Assembly: GCA_964537505.1 (NCBI GenBank)
Contig: CAZICK010000007.1
Span: forward strand, 311 to 64,310
DNA: 64,000 nucleotides
Source of the DNA: an uncultured Pirellulales bacterium
Lineage (GTDB): Bacteria > Planctomycetota > Phycisphaerae > Sedimentisphaerales > SM23-30
Reading direction: 5' to 3'
Shown: one piece after another, positions 1 through 7,966 of the stretch
Numbering within the stretch: the stretch's first letter is position 1
How the letters are laid out: every line of letters begins with the position of its first letter
Made by a program: the position numbers and the translations under genes
Notes under the pieces: generated by a model
The model's database searches: none
The model's input: the letters and a program-made list of their open reading frames with translations, nothing else
Told to the model about the DNA's origin: nothing

Positions 1-195
1 GAGTAGAACGCGGATATGATGGATTGTCGCGGATCAGGTGGAAAAATAGGGACAGGGAGAAGGAGCAAGGCAACAGGCACCGGAAGAAGGCACGAGGCAC
101 GAGGCACAAGGCATGAGGCACTAGGGGGGAAGAAAAAAGGAGAAGGGAAAGGATAGTATCCGCAGATTACGCCGATTCTCGCAGATTAAAAACAA
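1..195. repeat. Purine-rich low-complexity tract of short-period tandem repeats
   Basis: Read directly. About 10-bp-period GGAT-core units at 9-37 (cgcggatatg/atggattgt/cgcggatcag). 7-bp units x4.5 at 89-121 (ggcacga ggcacga ggcacaa ggcatga ggcac). 10-bp units x3 at 161-190 (cgcagattac/gccgattctc/gcagattaaa). No credible ORF. Confidence 0.7.
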
Positions 196-300
196 GTCTT
201 TTATATTGCAGGCTGGCAGAAGATGGGCCGACGATGTTTCGACTTTCGCTGATCTTTGTTGTGTGTGGTTGTGGCTGTCTGCTTTGGTACGGTGTTGCGG

Positions 301-368
301 GTTTACAATGTAATGATGTTGTCGCTTTACATCGTGGCATTGTTGGCTTACAATGAGGCATTGTAAAC
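301..368. repeat. Perfect 10-bp inverted repeat GTTTACAATG / CATTGTAAAC with nested TTACAATG and GCATTGT copies; candidate operator upstream of mod
   Basis: gtttacaatg at 301-310 and its reverse complement cattgtaaac at 359-368. Internal ttacaatg (348-355), ttacatcg (327-334) and gcattgt (337-343, 358-364). Lies 51-118 nt upstream of the mod ATG (419). Confidence 0.6.
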
Positions 369-418
369 GGGCAAAACAACAGGTAAGTTGTTGTATTTAA
401 TGGAGTTAGGCAAAAAAT

Positions 419-2500
419 ATGGCGAAAATAGCGAAAATCCCGAAGATGGACGGTAAGTCGTTAAGTCCGCAAAAGGAGCTGGGGGAGCTGTTAAAAACAC
501 AATTTCCGCAGGTATTCGCCGAGGGCAAGGTTAATCCCGATAAGCTCAAACAGGCATTAGGCGAAGAACTCGATACCAATAACGAACGATACGGCCTATC
601 GTGGGCGGGGAAGGCCGAATGCTTTCACCATATTCAGGAAACGACAACCGCAACCTTAAAACCCATAAAAAGCGAATCCGTTGACTTTGACAAAACGGAA
701 AATATCTTTATCGAAGGCGATAACCTTGAAGTCCTCAAAATCCTGCAAAAGGCCTATCAGAATAAAATCAAAATGATCTATATCGATCCGCCGTATAATA
801 CCGGCAATGACAGTTTTATCTATCCTGACCGCTTCAAAGAAGAAAAGGCGGACTACGAAGAACGAGCGGGGATAAAAGATGCAGAAGGACTTCTGACAAA
901 GGATGGTTTTTTCAGGAAGAACTCCAAGGACGCCGGCCACTTCCACTCAAACTGGCTCTCAATGATGTATCCCCGCCTTTTCCTTGCTAAAAATCTCCTC
1001 CGTGAAGATGGCGTTATCTTTGTCTCAATAGATGATAACGAAGTTCATAACCTGAGAATGATTATGGATGAGGTCTTTGGAGAAGAAAACTTTGTTGCGC
1101 AGATAACATGGAAGAAAAAAACTGGTGCGGGTTCAAAAATCAATCTTGTTTTTGATGAACATGAATATGTTTTAACATATGTGAAAAGTAGTGACGCCGT
1201 TATGAAATGGCGGATCAAGAGTGAGGAAGATGGGACGTTCCGCAATCCAGATAATGATACAAGAGGTTCATGGGAAAGTTGTGCAATAACGGCTCCATCT
1301 TCAAATAGAAACCCCAATCAACTGTTCGCAATAGAAATATTTTTTAATAAAAAGGTGGAACCTAGCAAAGAAGATAAAAAGGGAAGAAAGCTTATTAAAA
1401 CTGTATCCTATGGTAAACATACAGTAGTTTTACGGGAATTGATTGCAAATGATAAGGAATCATACGAAGAGTATGACGAAAAAAACCAGCATGCTTTATT
1501 TATACGGCGATGGGTAAATACTAAGGACAGCATTCTGAAATTATTTGAACAAGAACGAGTTTATTTTAATGGCCCAAATTTGCCCAGATATAAAAAGTTT
1601 GAAAGTGAATATGAAGGCAAAGCCATGCGAAGTATTTATTTTGATGATTTTAGCACTCAAGAAGGCAGTGAAGATTTTATAAAATTAATGGGTTTTCCTT
1701 TTGTTGGATATCCTAAACCTATATCTCTGAATCGCCATTTAATACAAATCATTGATAACGAAGATATTGTCCTCGATTTTTTTGCCGGGTCTTGCACGAC
1801 TGCTCATGCGGTTATGCAGTTAAACGCAGAAGACGGGGGAGACAGGAAATTTATCTGCGTTCAATTGGCGGAGCCGTGCGAGAAAGAGAGCGAGGCGTTC
1901 AAGGCGGGATTTAAAACAATTGCCGATATTGGCAAGGAAAGAATCCGCAGGGCGGGAAAGAAGATAAAGAAGGAATCGAGCGGCAAGCTGGATTTTGATA
2001 AGAACAAGCTCGACCTGGGCTTTAAGGTCTTTCGATTGGAGGAGAGCAATTTCAAGCAATGGCGGGAGAATATAAAAGAGCCTGAGGAGTTCAAGAAACA
2101 GCTTTGGGAAATGGTGGATAACGTCAAGAAGGGCGCAGCCGGCGAAGATATGCTGTTTGAGATAATATTGAAGAACAGCAGATTTGATTTGAATGTAGCC
2201 ACAGAGAAAAGAAACTATGATGGGATAGATTATTATATTTTAGCCACAGAGCACACAGAGGACACAGAGGGTAAAAAAGCAAAAGATAAAAAGGTTAACC
2301 ACGGATTAGCACGAATTAACACGGATTTTGAAATAGTTTGTCTGGACTTGAAGATTACGAAGAAATTCGTTGATAAGGTATTGGCGGAGAAGCCGGAGAG
2401 GTTTACTTGTCTGGATGCGGCCTTTAAGAACAACGACCAGTTGAAAACCAACACCGCCCTGCAAATGGAAAACGCGAAGATAGAGTTTAAGGTTATTTAA
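419..2500 (+). CDS. mod: Type III restriction-modification methyltransferase (Mod subunit, beta-class N6-adenine/N4-cytosine MTase)
   Basis: 693-aa ORF. Motif IV 'IYIDPPYNTGND' precedes SAM motif I 'LDFFAGSCTTAHA' (beta-class order), with a long AT-rich variable region between them. It is upstream of a Type III res gene. The C-terminal region carries an in-frame repeat insertion (2246-2329). Confidence 0.9.
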   Translation: MAKIAKIPKMDGKSLSPQKELGELLKTQFPQVFAEGKVNPDKLKQALGEELDTNNERYGLSWAGKAECFHHIQETTTATLKPIKSESVDFDKTENIFIEGDNLEVLKILQKAYQNKIKMIYIDPPYNTGNDSFIYPDRFKEEKADYEERAGIKDAEGLLTKDGFFRKNSKDAGHFHSNWLSMMYPRLFLAKNLLREDGVIFVSIDDNEVHNLRMIMDEVFGEENFVAQITWKKKTGAGSKINLVFDEHEYVLTYVKSSDAVMKWRIKSEEDGTFRNPDNDTRGSWESCAITAPSSNRNPNQLFAIEIFFNKKVEPSKEDKKGRKLIKTVSYGKHTVVLRELIANDKESYEEYDEKNQHALFIRRWVNTKDSILKLFEQERVYFNGPNLPRYKKFESEYEGKAMRSIYFDDFSTQEGSEDFIKLMGFPFVGYPKPISLNRHLIQIIDNEDIVLDFFAGSCTTAHAVMQLNAEDGGDRKFICVQLAEPCEKESEAFKAGFKTIADIGKERIRRAGKKIKKESSGKLDFDKNKLDLGFKVFRLEESNFKQWRENIKEPEEFKKQLWEMVDNVKKGAAGEDMLFEIILKNSRFDLNVATEKRNYDGIDYYILATEHTEDTEGKKAKDKKVNHGLARINTDFEIVCLDLKITKKFVDKVLAEKPERFTCLDAAFKNNDQLKTNTALQMENAKIEFKVI
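2246..2329 (+). repeat. In-frame short-period repeats inside the mod 3' region (9-bp x3 and 10-bp x3)
   Basis: acagagcac/acagaggac/acagagggt (2246-2272) encodes TEHTEDTEG. cacggattag/cacgaattaa/cacggatttt (2300-2329) encodes HGLARINTDF. Same GGATT-core 10-bp family as 9-37 and 161-190. Confidence 0.75.
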
Positions 2501-2535
2501 TCGGACCCGTCGGACAGGTCAGGCAAGTCGGACGG
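2501..2535 (+). repeat. 9-bp-period tandem array filling the mod to four-helix-bundle intergenic space
   Basis: tcggacccg/tcggacagg/tcaggcaag/tcggacgg. Contains the 21-mer gtcggacaggtcaggcaagtc (2509-2529), which recurs exactly at 3102-3122. Confidence 0.85.
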
Positions 2536-2551
2536 ATTGGAAAGGGAAATA

Positions 2552-3148
2552 ATGGACGACTCGCAAAGGATAATTTTGCCGCATGGAGGATACCGGAAGC
2601 TGCGAAGTTTTCAGACGGCGCAGATGGCGTATGATGCGACGGTGGTTTTCTGCGAGCGGTTTATCGAGAGAACGTCGCGGACGCGCGACCAGATGGTGCA
2701 GGCGGCGCGCAGCGGAGTACAGAATATCGCCGAAGGCAGTATGGCTTCGGCCACGTCGAAGAAAACGGAACTGAAACTGACAGGCGTGGCACGGGCCAGT
2801 TTGGAAGAACTGTTGCTGGATTACGAGGATTTTCTGAGACAGCGGGGGCTTTTACAATGGGCGAAGGATTCGCCTGAGGCGACGGCGGTCAGGGGAAGAT
2901 ATAAGTCGGACAGGTCGGACGCGTCAGACAATTCAGACCCTTATTCCTTCCGCACGGCCAGCGTGGAAACGGCGGCTAATACGCTGATTTGCCTTATTAA
3001 CCAGGCGAGTTTTCTTTTGGGACGGCAAATCCAGAGGCTGGAGGAATCGTTTGTGAACGAGGGCGGATTCACGGAGCGTCTGTACCAGTCGCGGATGAAG
3101 AGTCGGACAGGTCAGGCAAGTCAGACAGGTCGGAATGGTCAGACATGA
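2552..3148 (+). CDS. Four-helix-bundle protein (23S rRNA-intervening-sequence / Avd family) with C-terminal suffix domain
   Basis: ATG 2552 (in-frame TTG 2537 also possible) preceded by ggaaaggga. The N-terminal half has the family pattern ('QMVQAARSGVQNIAEG', 'ASLEELLLDYEDFL'). The C-terminal 'NEGGFTERLYQSR' resembles the four-helix-bundle suffix domain. Its stop overlaps the res start (ATGA, 3145-3148). Family assignment is by eye only. Confidence 0.75.
   Translation: MDDSQRIILPHGGYRKLRSFQTAQMAYDATVVFCERFIERTSRTRDQMVQAARSGVQNIAEGSMASATSKKTELKLTGVARASLEELLLDYEDFLRQRGLLQWAKDSPEATAVRGRYKSDRSDASDNSDPYSFRTASVETAANTLICLINQASFLLGRQIQRLEESFVNEGGFTERLYQSRMKSRTGQASQTGRNGQT
2905..2938 (+). repeat. 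Internal 9-bp-period array at the junction of the helical-bundle and suffix parts
   Basis: gtcggacag/gtcggacgc/gtcagacaa/ttcagac encodes SDRSDASDNSD. Shares the 12-mer gtcggacaggtc with 2509-2520 and 3102-3113. Confidence 0.8.
3102..3144 (+). repeat. 9-bp-period tandem array forming the 3' tail of the four-helix-bundle gene, ending at the res ATG
   Basis: gtcggacag/gtcaggcaa/gtcagacag/gtcggaatg/gtcagac. Its first 21 nt are identical to 2509-2529. Confidence 0.85.
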
Positions 3149-5826
3149 AATTACAATTTGACGCTAATCAGACGTTTCAGTTAGACGCTATAATCGCGGC
3201 GGTGGAAATATTCAAGGGTCAGCCCGCCGGAGCCAGCGATTTTGCTTATTCGAAGGCGGCATCGGTTAGCGGGACTTTTTTAAGCGTTGTGGCGAATAAC
3301 TTAATCCTCGATGAAGAGACAATCCTGAAGAATCTCCAGACGGTGCAAAAGACGAATAAAGTCGAGGAATCGAAGAATCTTGACGGTATGCACTTTTCAA
3401 TTGAAATGGAGACGGGGACGGGCAAGACTTATGTATATCTAAGAACAATTCACGAATTGCACAAGCAATACGGCTTTAAGAAATTCATAATCGTTGTGCC
3501 TTCCATTGCCATAAAAGAAGGGGCTTTGAAGAACCTCGAAATAACAAAAGAGCATTTCGAGATAATCTATGAAAAGCCCGTGATGAACAGCTTTGAGTTT
3601 GACCCGAAGAAAAGGTCATTATCGAAAAACTTCGCCACGACAAACAGCTTGCAGATTATGGTAATGAATATCGACCAGTTCGCAAGGGCGATTCCCAAAG
3701 AAGATGATATAAAAAAGAAAAAGATAAATGTGTTTTATAAGGAAAGCGACTGGGGCATACCCGCCGAATTCATAAAGGCAACAAGGCCGATTGTGATTGT
3801 CGATGAGCCGCAGAATATGGAAACAGACATAAGAAGAACCGCGATAAGCAATCTTAACCCATTATGCACACTAAGGTATTCGGCAACGCATACTGTCAAA
3901 TATAATGAAATATACCGGCTCGACCCCGTGAGCGCCTATGACAAGGGATTAGTCAAGAGAATCGAGGTGGATGGGATAACGGAGGCGGAAAATTTCAATC
4001 AGGCGTATATCGAGGTAAAGAGCATAAGGCGGTTGAAGAACAAAATTACCGCCAAGCTTAAAATAGATGCCAACGCCAGGGAAGGGGTCTTAAAGAAGGA
4101 TATTACCGTAAAGGCGGGCGATAACCTGTTTGAGAAGTCAAACAGGCGGGATTTATACAAAGATGGTTTCATAGTAAGCGAAATGGATGGTGAAACAATA
4201 ACCTTCAATAACGGTCTTGTGCTGAATATCGGTCAAAGACAGGGCGGGATTACCGATGAGATAATGAAATACCAGATTGAAAGCACGCTCAAGAACCACT
4301 TAGAGAAGGAAAAACGGTTAAAGGCCAAGGGGATTAAGGTTCTTTCCCTTTTTTTTATAGACCGGGTTGCCAATTACCGTGGTTACGAAAATGAAATCGG
4401 AGTAAAGGGGAAGATTGCCCGGTGGTTCGAGGAGATTTACGAAAATTTGCGTAAGCAGGATAAATTCAAGGGCATACTCGAATATAAAGCCGAACAAGTT
4501 CATAACGGCTATTTCGCCCAGGATAAAAGAGGCAACTGGAAGGATTCGAGCGAGGGCGGGGATACCCACGACGATGATTCGGCGTATCAGTTGATTATGA
4601 AAGACAAGGAACGGCTTTTAGATATTAACGAGCCGCTGCGATTTATCTTTTCTCATTCGGCATTGCGTGAGGGATGGGATAATCCGAACGTATTTCAGAT
4701 TTGTACGCTTAACGAGACGCAATCGACGCTCAAAAAGAGGCAGGAAATCGGAAGGGGGCTTCGATTGCCGGTTAATCAGGATGGAATAAGGATATTCGAT
4801 GAATCGATAAATGTTTTGACGGTTACGGCCAATCAGCATTATGAGGAATTTGCCCGCCAGTTGCAGGCGGAAGTCGAGGCGGAATGCGGCGTTAAGTTCG
4901 ACGGTGGAAGGATAAAGGACAAAAATAAAAAGAAGCCGATTAAACTGACGAAGAACCTTAAACTTGATGAGAACTTTAAGACATTATGGGAGAAAATAGA
5001 GCATAAGACCCGATACAGTATTGATTATAAAACGGCTGAGCTTATTAAACGTGCATCAAAGAGGATTAAGGATATTGTAATATCAAGGCCAAAACTTGTC
5101 CGAAGCAAGGCGGATATAATAATGGATAAGGATTCTATCCGGGCGGGATTAACCAAGACGCAGGATGCAAGAGAGCTATATGCGGGAATAAATATAATCC
5201 CCGACGTTCTTTCCTATATCCAGAGCAAGACCCGCCTGACCCGCGATACTATCTGCCGGATTTTAATCGAATCGGGCCGGGTAGATGATGTTTTTGTGAA
5301 TCCGCAACAGTTTATGGACAAGGTATGCTCGGAGATAAATACCGTTCTTAATGAGTTGATTGTTGACGGGATTAAATACGAGAAAATCGCCGGGGCTTAC
5401 TGGGAGCAGACGCTTTTCGATGATAAAGAGCTTTACGGTTACTTGGATGAGCGATTTGGTAACCTTTATGCAGTGCAGAAAAGGGATAAGACCGTTTACG
5501 ATTATGTCCAGTTTGACAGTGAAATAGAGCGGCTATTTGCTGAAGAGTGTGAGAATAGGAACGATATAAAGTTTTATTTCAAGCTGCCGTGGTGGTTTTT
5601 GATCGATACGCCTATCGGGAAATATAATCCTGACTGGGCGTTAGTTTATGAGAATGATAAGAAAGTGTATTTTGTCGCCGAAACCAAAGGAACAAATGAC
5701 ATTAACGACCCATCCCTTTCAGTAGGCGAACGACATAAAATCAAATGCGGAAAAGCACATTTTAAGGGTTTCGATGGAGTTGAATTCAAAGCACCTGTTA
5801 AAACTTTAAATGATGTGACACGGTAA
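3145..5826 (+). CDS. res: Type III restriction endonuclease (Res subunit, SF2 helicase/ATPase plus PD-(D/E)XK nuclease)
   Basis: 893 aa. Helicase motif I 'EMETGTGKTY', motif II 'VIVDEPQNM', 'RYSATH', motif VI-like 'RQEIGRGLRLP'. C-terminal nuclease motif 'YNPDWALV...YFVAETKG'. Confidence 0.9.
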   Translation: MKLQFDANQTFQLDAIIAAVEIFKGQPAGASDFAYSKAASVSGTFLSVVANNLILDEETILKNLQTVQKTNKVEESKNLDGMHFSIEMETGTGKTYVYLRTIHELHKQYGFKKFIIVVPSIAIKEGALKNLEITKEHFEIIYEKPVMNSFEFDPKKRSLSKNFATTNSLQIMVMNIDQFARAIPKEDDIKKKKINVFYKESDWGIPAEFIKATRPIVIVDEPQNMETDIRRTAISNLNPLCTLRYSATHTVKYNEIYRLDPVSAYDKGLVKRIEVDGITEAENFNQAYIEVKSIRRLKNKITAKLKIDANAREGVLKKDITVKAGDNLFEKSNRRDLYKDGFIVSEMDGETITFNNGLVLNIGQRQGGITDEIMKYQIESTLKNHLEKEKRLKAKGIKVLSLFFIDRVANYRGYENEIGVKGKIARWFEEIYENLRKQDKFKGILEYKAEQVHNGYFAQDKRGNWKDSSEGGDTHDDDSAYQLIMKDKERLLDINEPLRFIFSHSALREGWDNPNVFQICTLNETQSTLKKRQEIGRGLRLPVNQDGIRIFDESINVLTVTANQHYEEFARQLQAEVEAECGVKFDGGRIKDKNKKKPIKLTKNLKLDENFKTLWEKIEHKTRYSIDYKTAELIKRASKRIKDIVISRPKLVRSKADIIMDKDSIRAGLTKTQDARELYAGINIIPDVLSYIQSKTRLTRDTICRILIESGRVDDVFVNPQQFMDKVCSEINTVLNELIVDGIKYEKIAGAYWEQTLFDDKELYGYLDERFGNLYAVQKRDKTVYDYVQFDSEIERLFAEECENRNDIKFYFKLPWWFLIDTPIGKYNPDWALVYENDKKVYFVAETKGTNDINDPSLSVGERHKIKCGKAHFKGFDGVEFKAPVKTLNDVTR

Positions 5827-6070
5827 AACAATCAGTCTAAACTTGTACTGGTTGAGCGTGAATTGGCCAAACGCGTTTAAGCGGTTCCCTGAAGCAATAC
5901 AGAGGGATGGTTATGGGGTAGTTATCGGTCCTTTTTTTAATAAATTGCCCCGGGAATAAGGATATGGGGGGCAAAAAGCCGATTAATTAGTGGTATTGCG
6001 GTGGAAGACTAGGTGAAATCGATAGCATAGCCTTGTAAGATTTATATATACTGAATTAAGGAGCGTAAAG

Positions 6071-6811
6071 ATGAGGTATGTCAGGGTAATGGCGGTTGTG
6101 TTGGTATTTGTTATTTGCGCAGGTATGACGGGATGTTTTTCATCTAAGCCCAAGGCGATAGAGGCGTTTGTGAAGCCTTTTCAAAGAGATGTAACCTGCG
6201 CTGATTATGTTTTGTATCCTCCGGATGAGGTTGAAATCCACTGCGCGCGAGTTCCGGAAATTAATCTGCAACGTCAGCAGATTCGACCAGATGGGAGAAT
6301 ATCTTTCGAGAGCTTAGGTGAAATAGAAGCCGCTGGTAAAACGACTGCGCAAGTCGCCGATATTTTACGTGAAAAAGCTACCAAGCTGTATTCCCTGACG
6401 GGCGATAAGCCTGTAGATGTGCGTGTAGTCGCTTATGAAAGTAAAGTTTACTATGTTGTCGGCGAAGTGAGTTATCCTGGGACCAAGTCCTATACTGGGC
6501 GCGACACTTTGTTAACGGCTGTCACCGCGGCGAATATCGAGATTACCGGCTGGGAACAACATATCCAGGTAATACGGCCGTCGGCTGATAAGGAGGTCAA
6601 GCCGCAAGTCTTCGAAATAAATCTTCTGAGTATGATCGTTCACGGCGATACGAGCAAAAACGTTCTATTACAGGAAGGCGATATTGTTTATATACCGCCA
6701 ACACCTTTGGCGGCTGCGGGCAACCTAATTGCTGAGTTTGTCCGTCCGATAGGGCTGGCATTGTCACCGGTGCTTACCGCAACACGAATTTCCTCAGGAG
6801 GAGGTTATTAG
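6071..6811 (+). CDS. Polysaccharide export lipoprotein (Wza-like, Poly_export plus SLBB)
   Basis: Signal peptide with lipobox 'AGMTGC'. 'RPDGRISFESLGEIEAAGKTTAQVADIL', 'YYVVGEVSYPG', 'LQEGDIVYIP' are typical of Wza/OPX proteins. AGGAG RBS upstream. Confidence 0.75.
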   Translation: MRYVRVMAVVLVFVICAGMTGCFSSKPKAIEAFVKPFQRDVTCADYVLYPPDEVEIHCARVPEINLQRQQIRPDGRISFESLGEIEAAGKTTAQVADILREKATKLYSLTGDKPVDVRVVAYESKVYYVVGEVSYPGTKSYTGRDTLLTAVTAANIEITGWEQHIQVIRPSADKEVKPQVFEINLLSMIVHGDTSKNVLLQEGDIVYIPPTPLAAAGNLIAEFVRPIGLALSPVLTATRISSGGGY

Positions 6812-6833
6812 TGTCGAACCGGGTAATACTTAG

Positions 6834-7955
6834 TTAATACGTGCACTCCTTTGCGGCATCGGCGAAGGCGATCAGGTTTTCGACGGGCGTTTCAAAAAAA
6901 TGGTCGCTGGCGGAGAGGATGTAGCCGCCGTGGCTGCCGAAACCTTCAAACAAGCGATGGACCTCATCGCGTATCCGCTGTTTAGTGCCGATGGTAAGGA
7001 TGTTGAACTGGTCCATACCGCCTATCATAGCAACTTTTCCGGAATAAGCCTGACGGACCTTTTGCGGCTGCGTGATGTTGCCGCCGGTTCCGGGTGGCGA
7101 GAGAGTTTCCGAGACGTCTGTTTCATTGGCGATGATCAGGTCGAGGATGTTTATCATTCCGCCACAGGTATGATAAGTGCTGATATGTCCCGCATCATGT
7201 AATGCCTGATGTATCCGGCGGTCATACGGCAGGCAAAATTCGCGATGCATATTCGGCGAGATCAAGGTGTCGCTGGCAGCGCCGCCGCCGGTTTCGATCA
7301 GGTCGAATTTGGCGCCTCTGAGCGATTCGTCGATAAAACGCAATTTTTTTTCCAGCAGTACGTTCATAAAACGATGGACCCAGTCGGGATTGTCAATCGC
7401 TTCCATTATGAGGCGTGTGGTGTCCATCAGGCAGCAGGCGTGCTGCCAACAGCCGGCCTGGTCTCCCCAAACAAAACCTCGCAAGATACCGGCATCGGCA
7501 AGGTTGTCATAGGCTTGTGCGATATTGTCTTTGTTTAGCGTCGCTACGGGCATGTATTTTTCCACCAAATCGAGGTCCTCGTGGGCTTTTACCATGTATT
7601 CGGTGATCCATGTGGTAGTAAGATTGCCGCCGGTTTTGTAAGTGAGGGTTCCGCCAGGCGTGGCGATGGTGTGATGTAAGAGTTTGTTTTGCGGGTCGGA
7701 GTTTATGACGTTTATTTTCTCGTGCCATTGGGGCGTCTGGACTATGTATTGTTCGGCATTGGGGACCCAAAACTGTCCCATAGCTTCAAAATACTGGATG
7801 GCGGCGTCCAGGCCGGTCTGCTTGAAAGCGGTTAAGTCATCAACGCCATCCATGTACTCGTTCAAATGGTACTGCTGCCATTGATGGATGCTAACGGGCA
7901 GGCGATCGGGTTTTTCTAATCGCAAGGCCCGCATCATACGTTCTTTTGACGTCAT
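6834..7955 (-). CDS. Uroporphyrinogen decarboxylase (URO-D) / MtaA-like family protein
   Basis: The track ORF (6834..8234) overlaps the upstream gene. I moved the start to ATG 7955 ('MTSKERMMRALRLEKPDRLPV'), 11 nt after the upstream stop and preceded by aaaggaaa. 'YHTCGG' motif. Paralogous to the neighbouring gene. Confidence 0.7.
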   Translation of the reverse strand: MTSKERMMRALRLEKPDRLPVSIHQWQQYHLNEYMDGVDDLTAFKQTGLDAAIQYFEAMGQFWVPNAEQYIVQTPQWHEKINVINSDPQNKLLHHTIATPGGTLTYKTGGNLTTTWITEYMVKAHEDLDLVEKYMPVATLNKDNIAQAYDNLADAGILRGFVWGDQAGCWQHACCLMDTTRLIMEAIDNPDWVHRFMNVLLEKKLRFIDESLRGAKFDLIETGGGAASDTLISPNMHREFCLPYDRRIHQALHDAGHISTYHTCGGMINILDLIIANETDVSETLSPPGTGGNITQPQKVRQAYSGKVAMIGGMDQFNILTIGTKQRIRDEVHRLFEGFGSHGGYILSASDHFFETPVENLIAFADAAKECTY

Positions 7956-7966
7956 TTTTTTTTCCT

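Noticed and set aside
167-379. 70-aa minus-strand ORF (MFCPFTMPHCKPTMPRCKATTSLHCKP...)
   Set aside because: Its repetitive peptide is simply the translation of the TTACAATG/GCATTGT and GATT-core repeats. There is no RBS or family resemblance, so I treat it as non-coding repeat DNA.
2583-2774. 63-aa Arg-rich ORF in an alternative frame inside the four-helix-bundle gene
   Set aside because: It is an alternative-frame reading of GC-rich coding sequence. The main frame has clear family motifs.
4349-4356. Homopolymers as phase-variation switches (T8 in res at 4349-4356; A7/T7 runs in mod near 1118, 1479 and 1777)
   Set aside because: Tracts of 7-8 nt are common in AT-rich genes and are shorter than typical contingency-locus repeats. 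Nothing in a single sequence indicates slippage.
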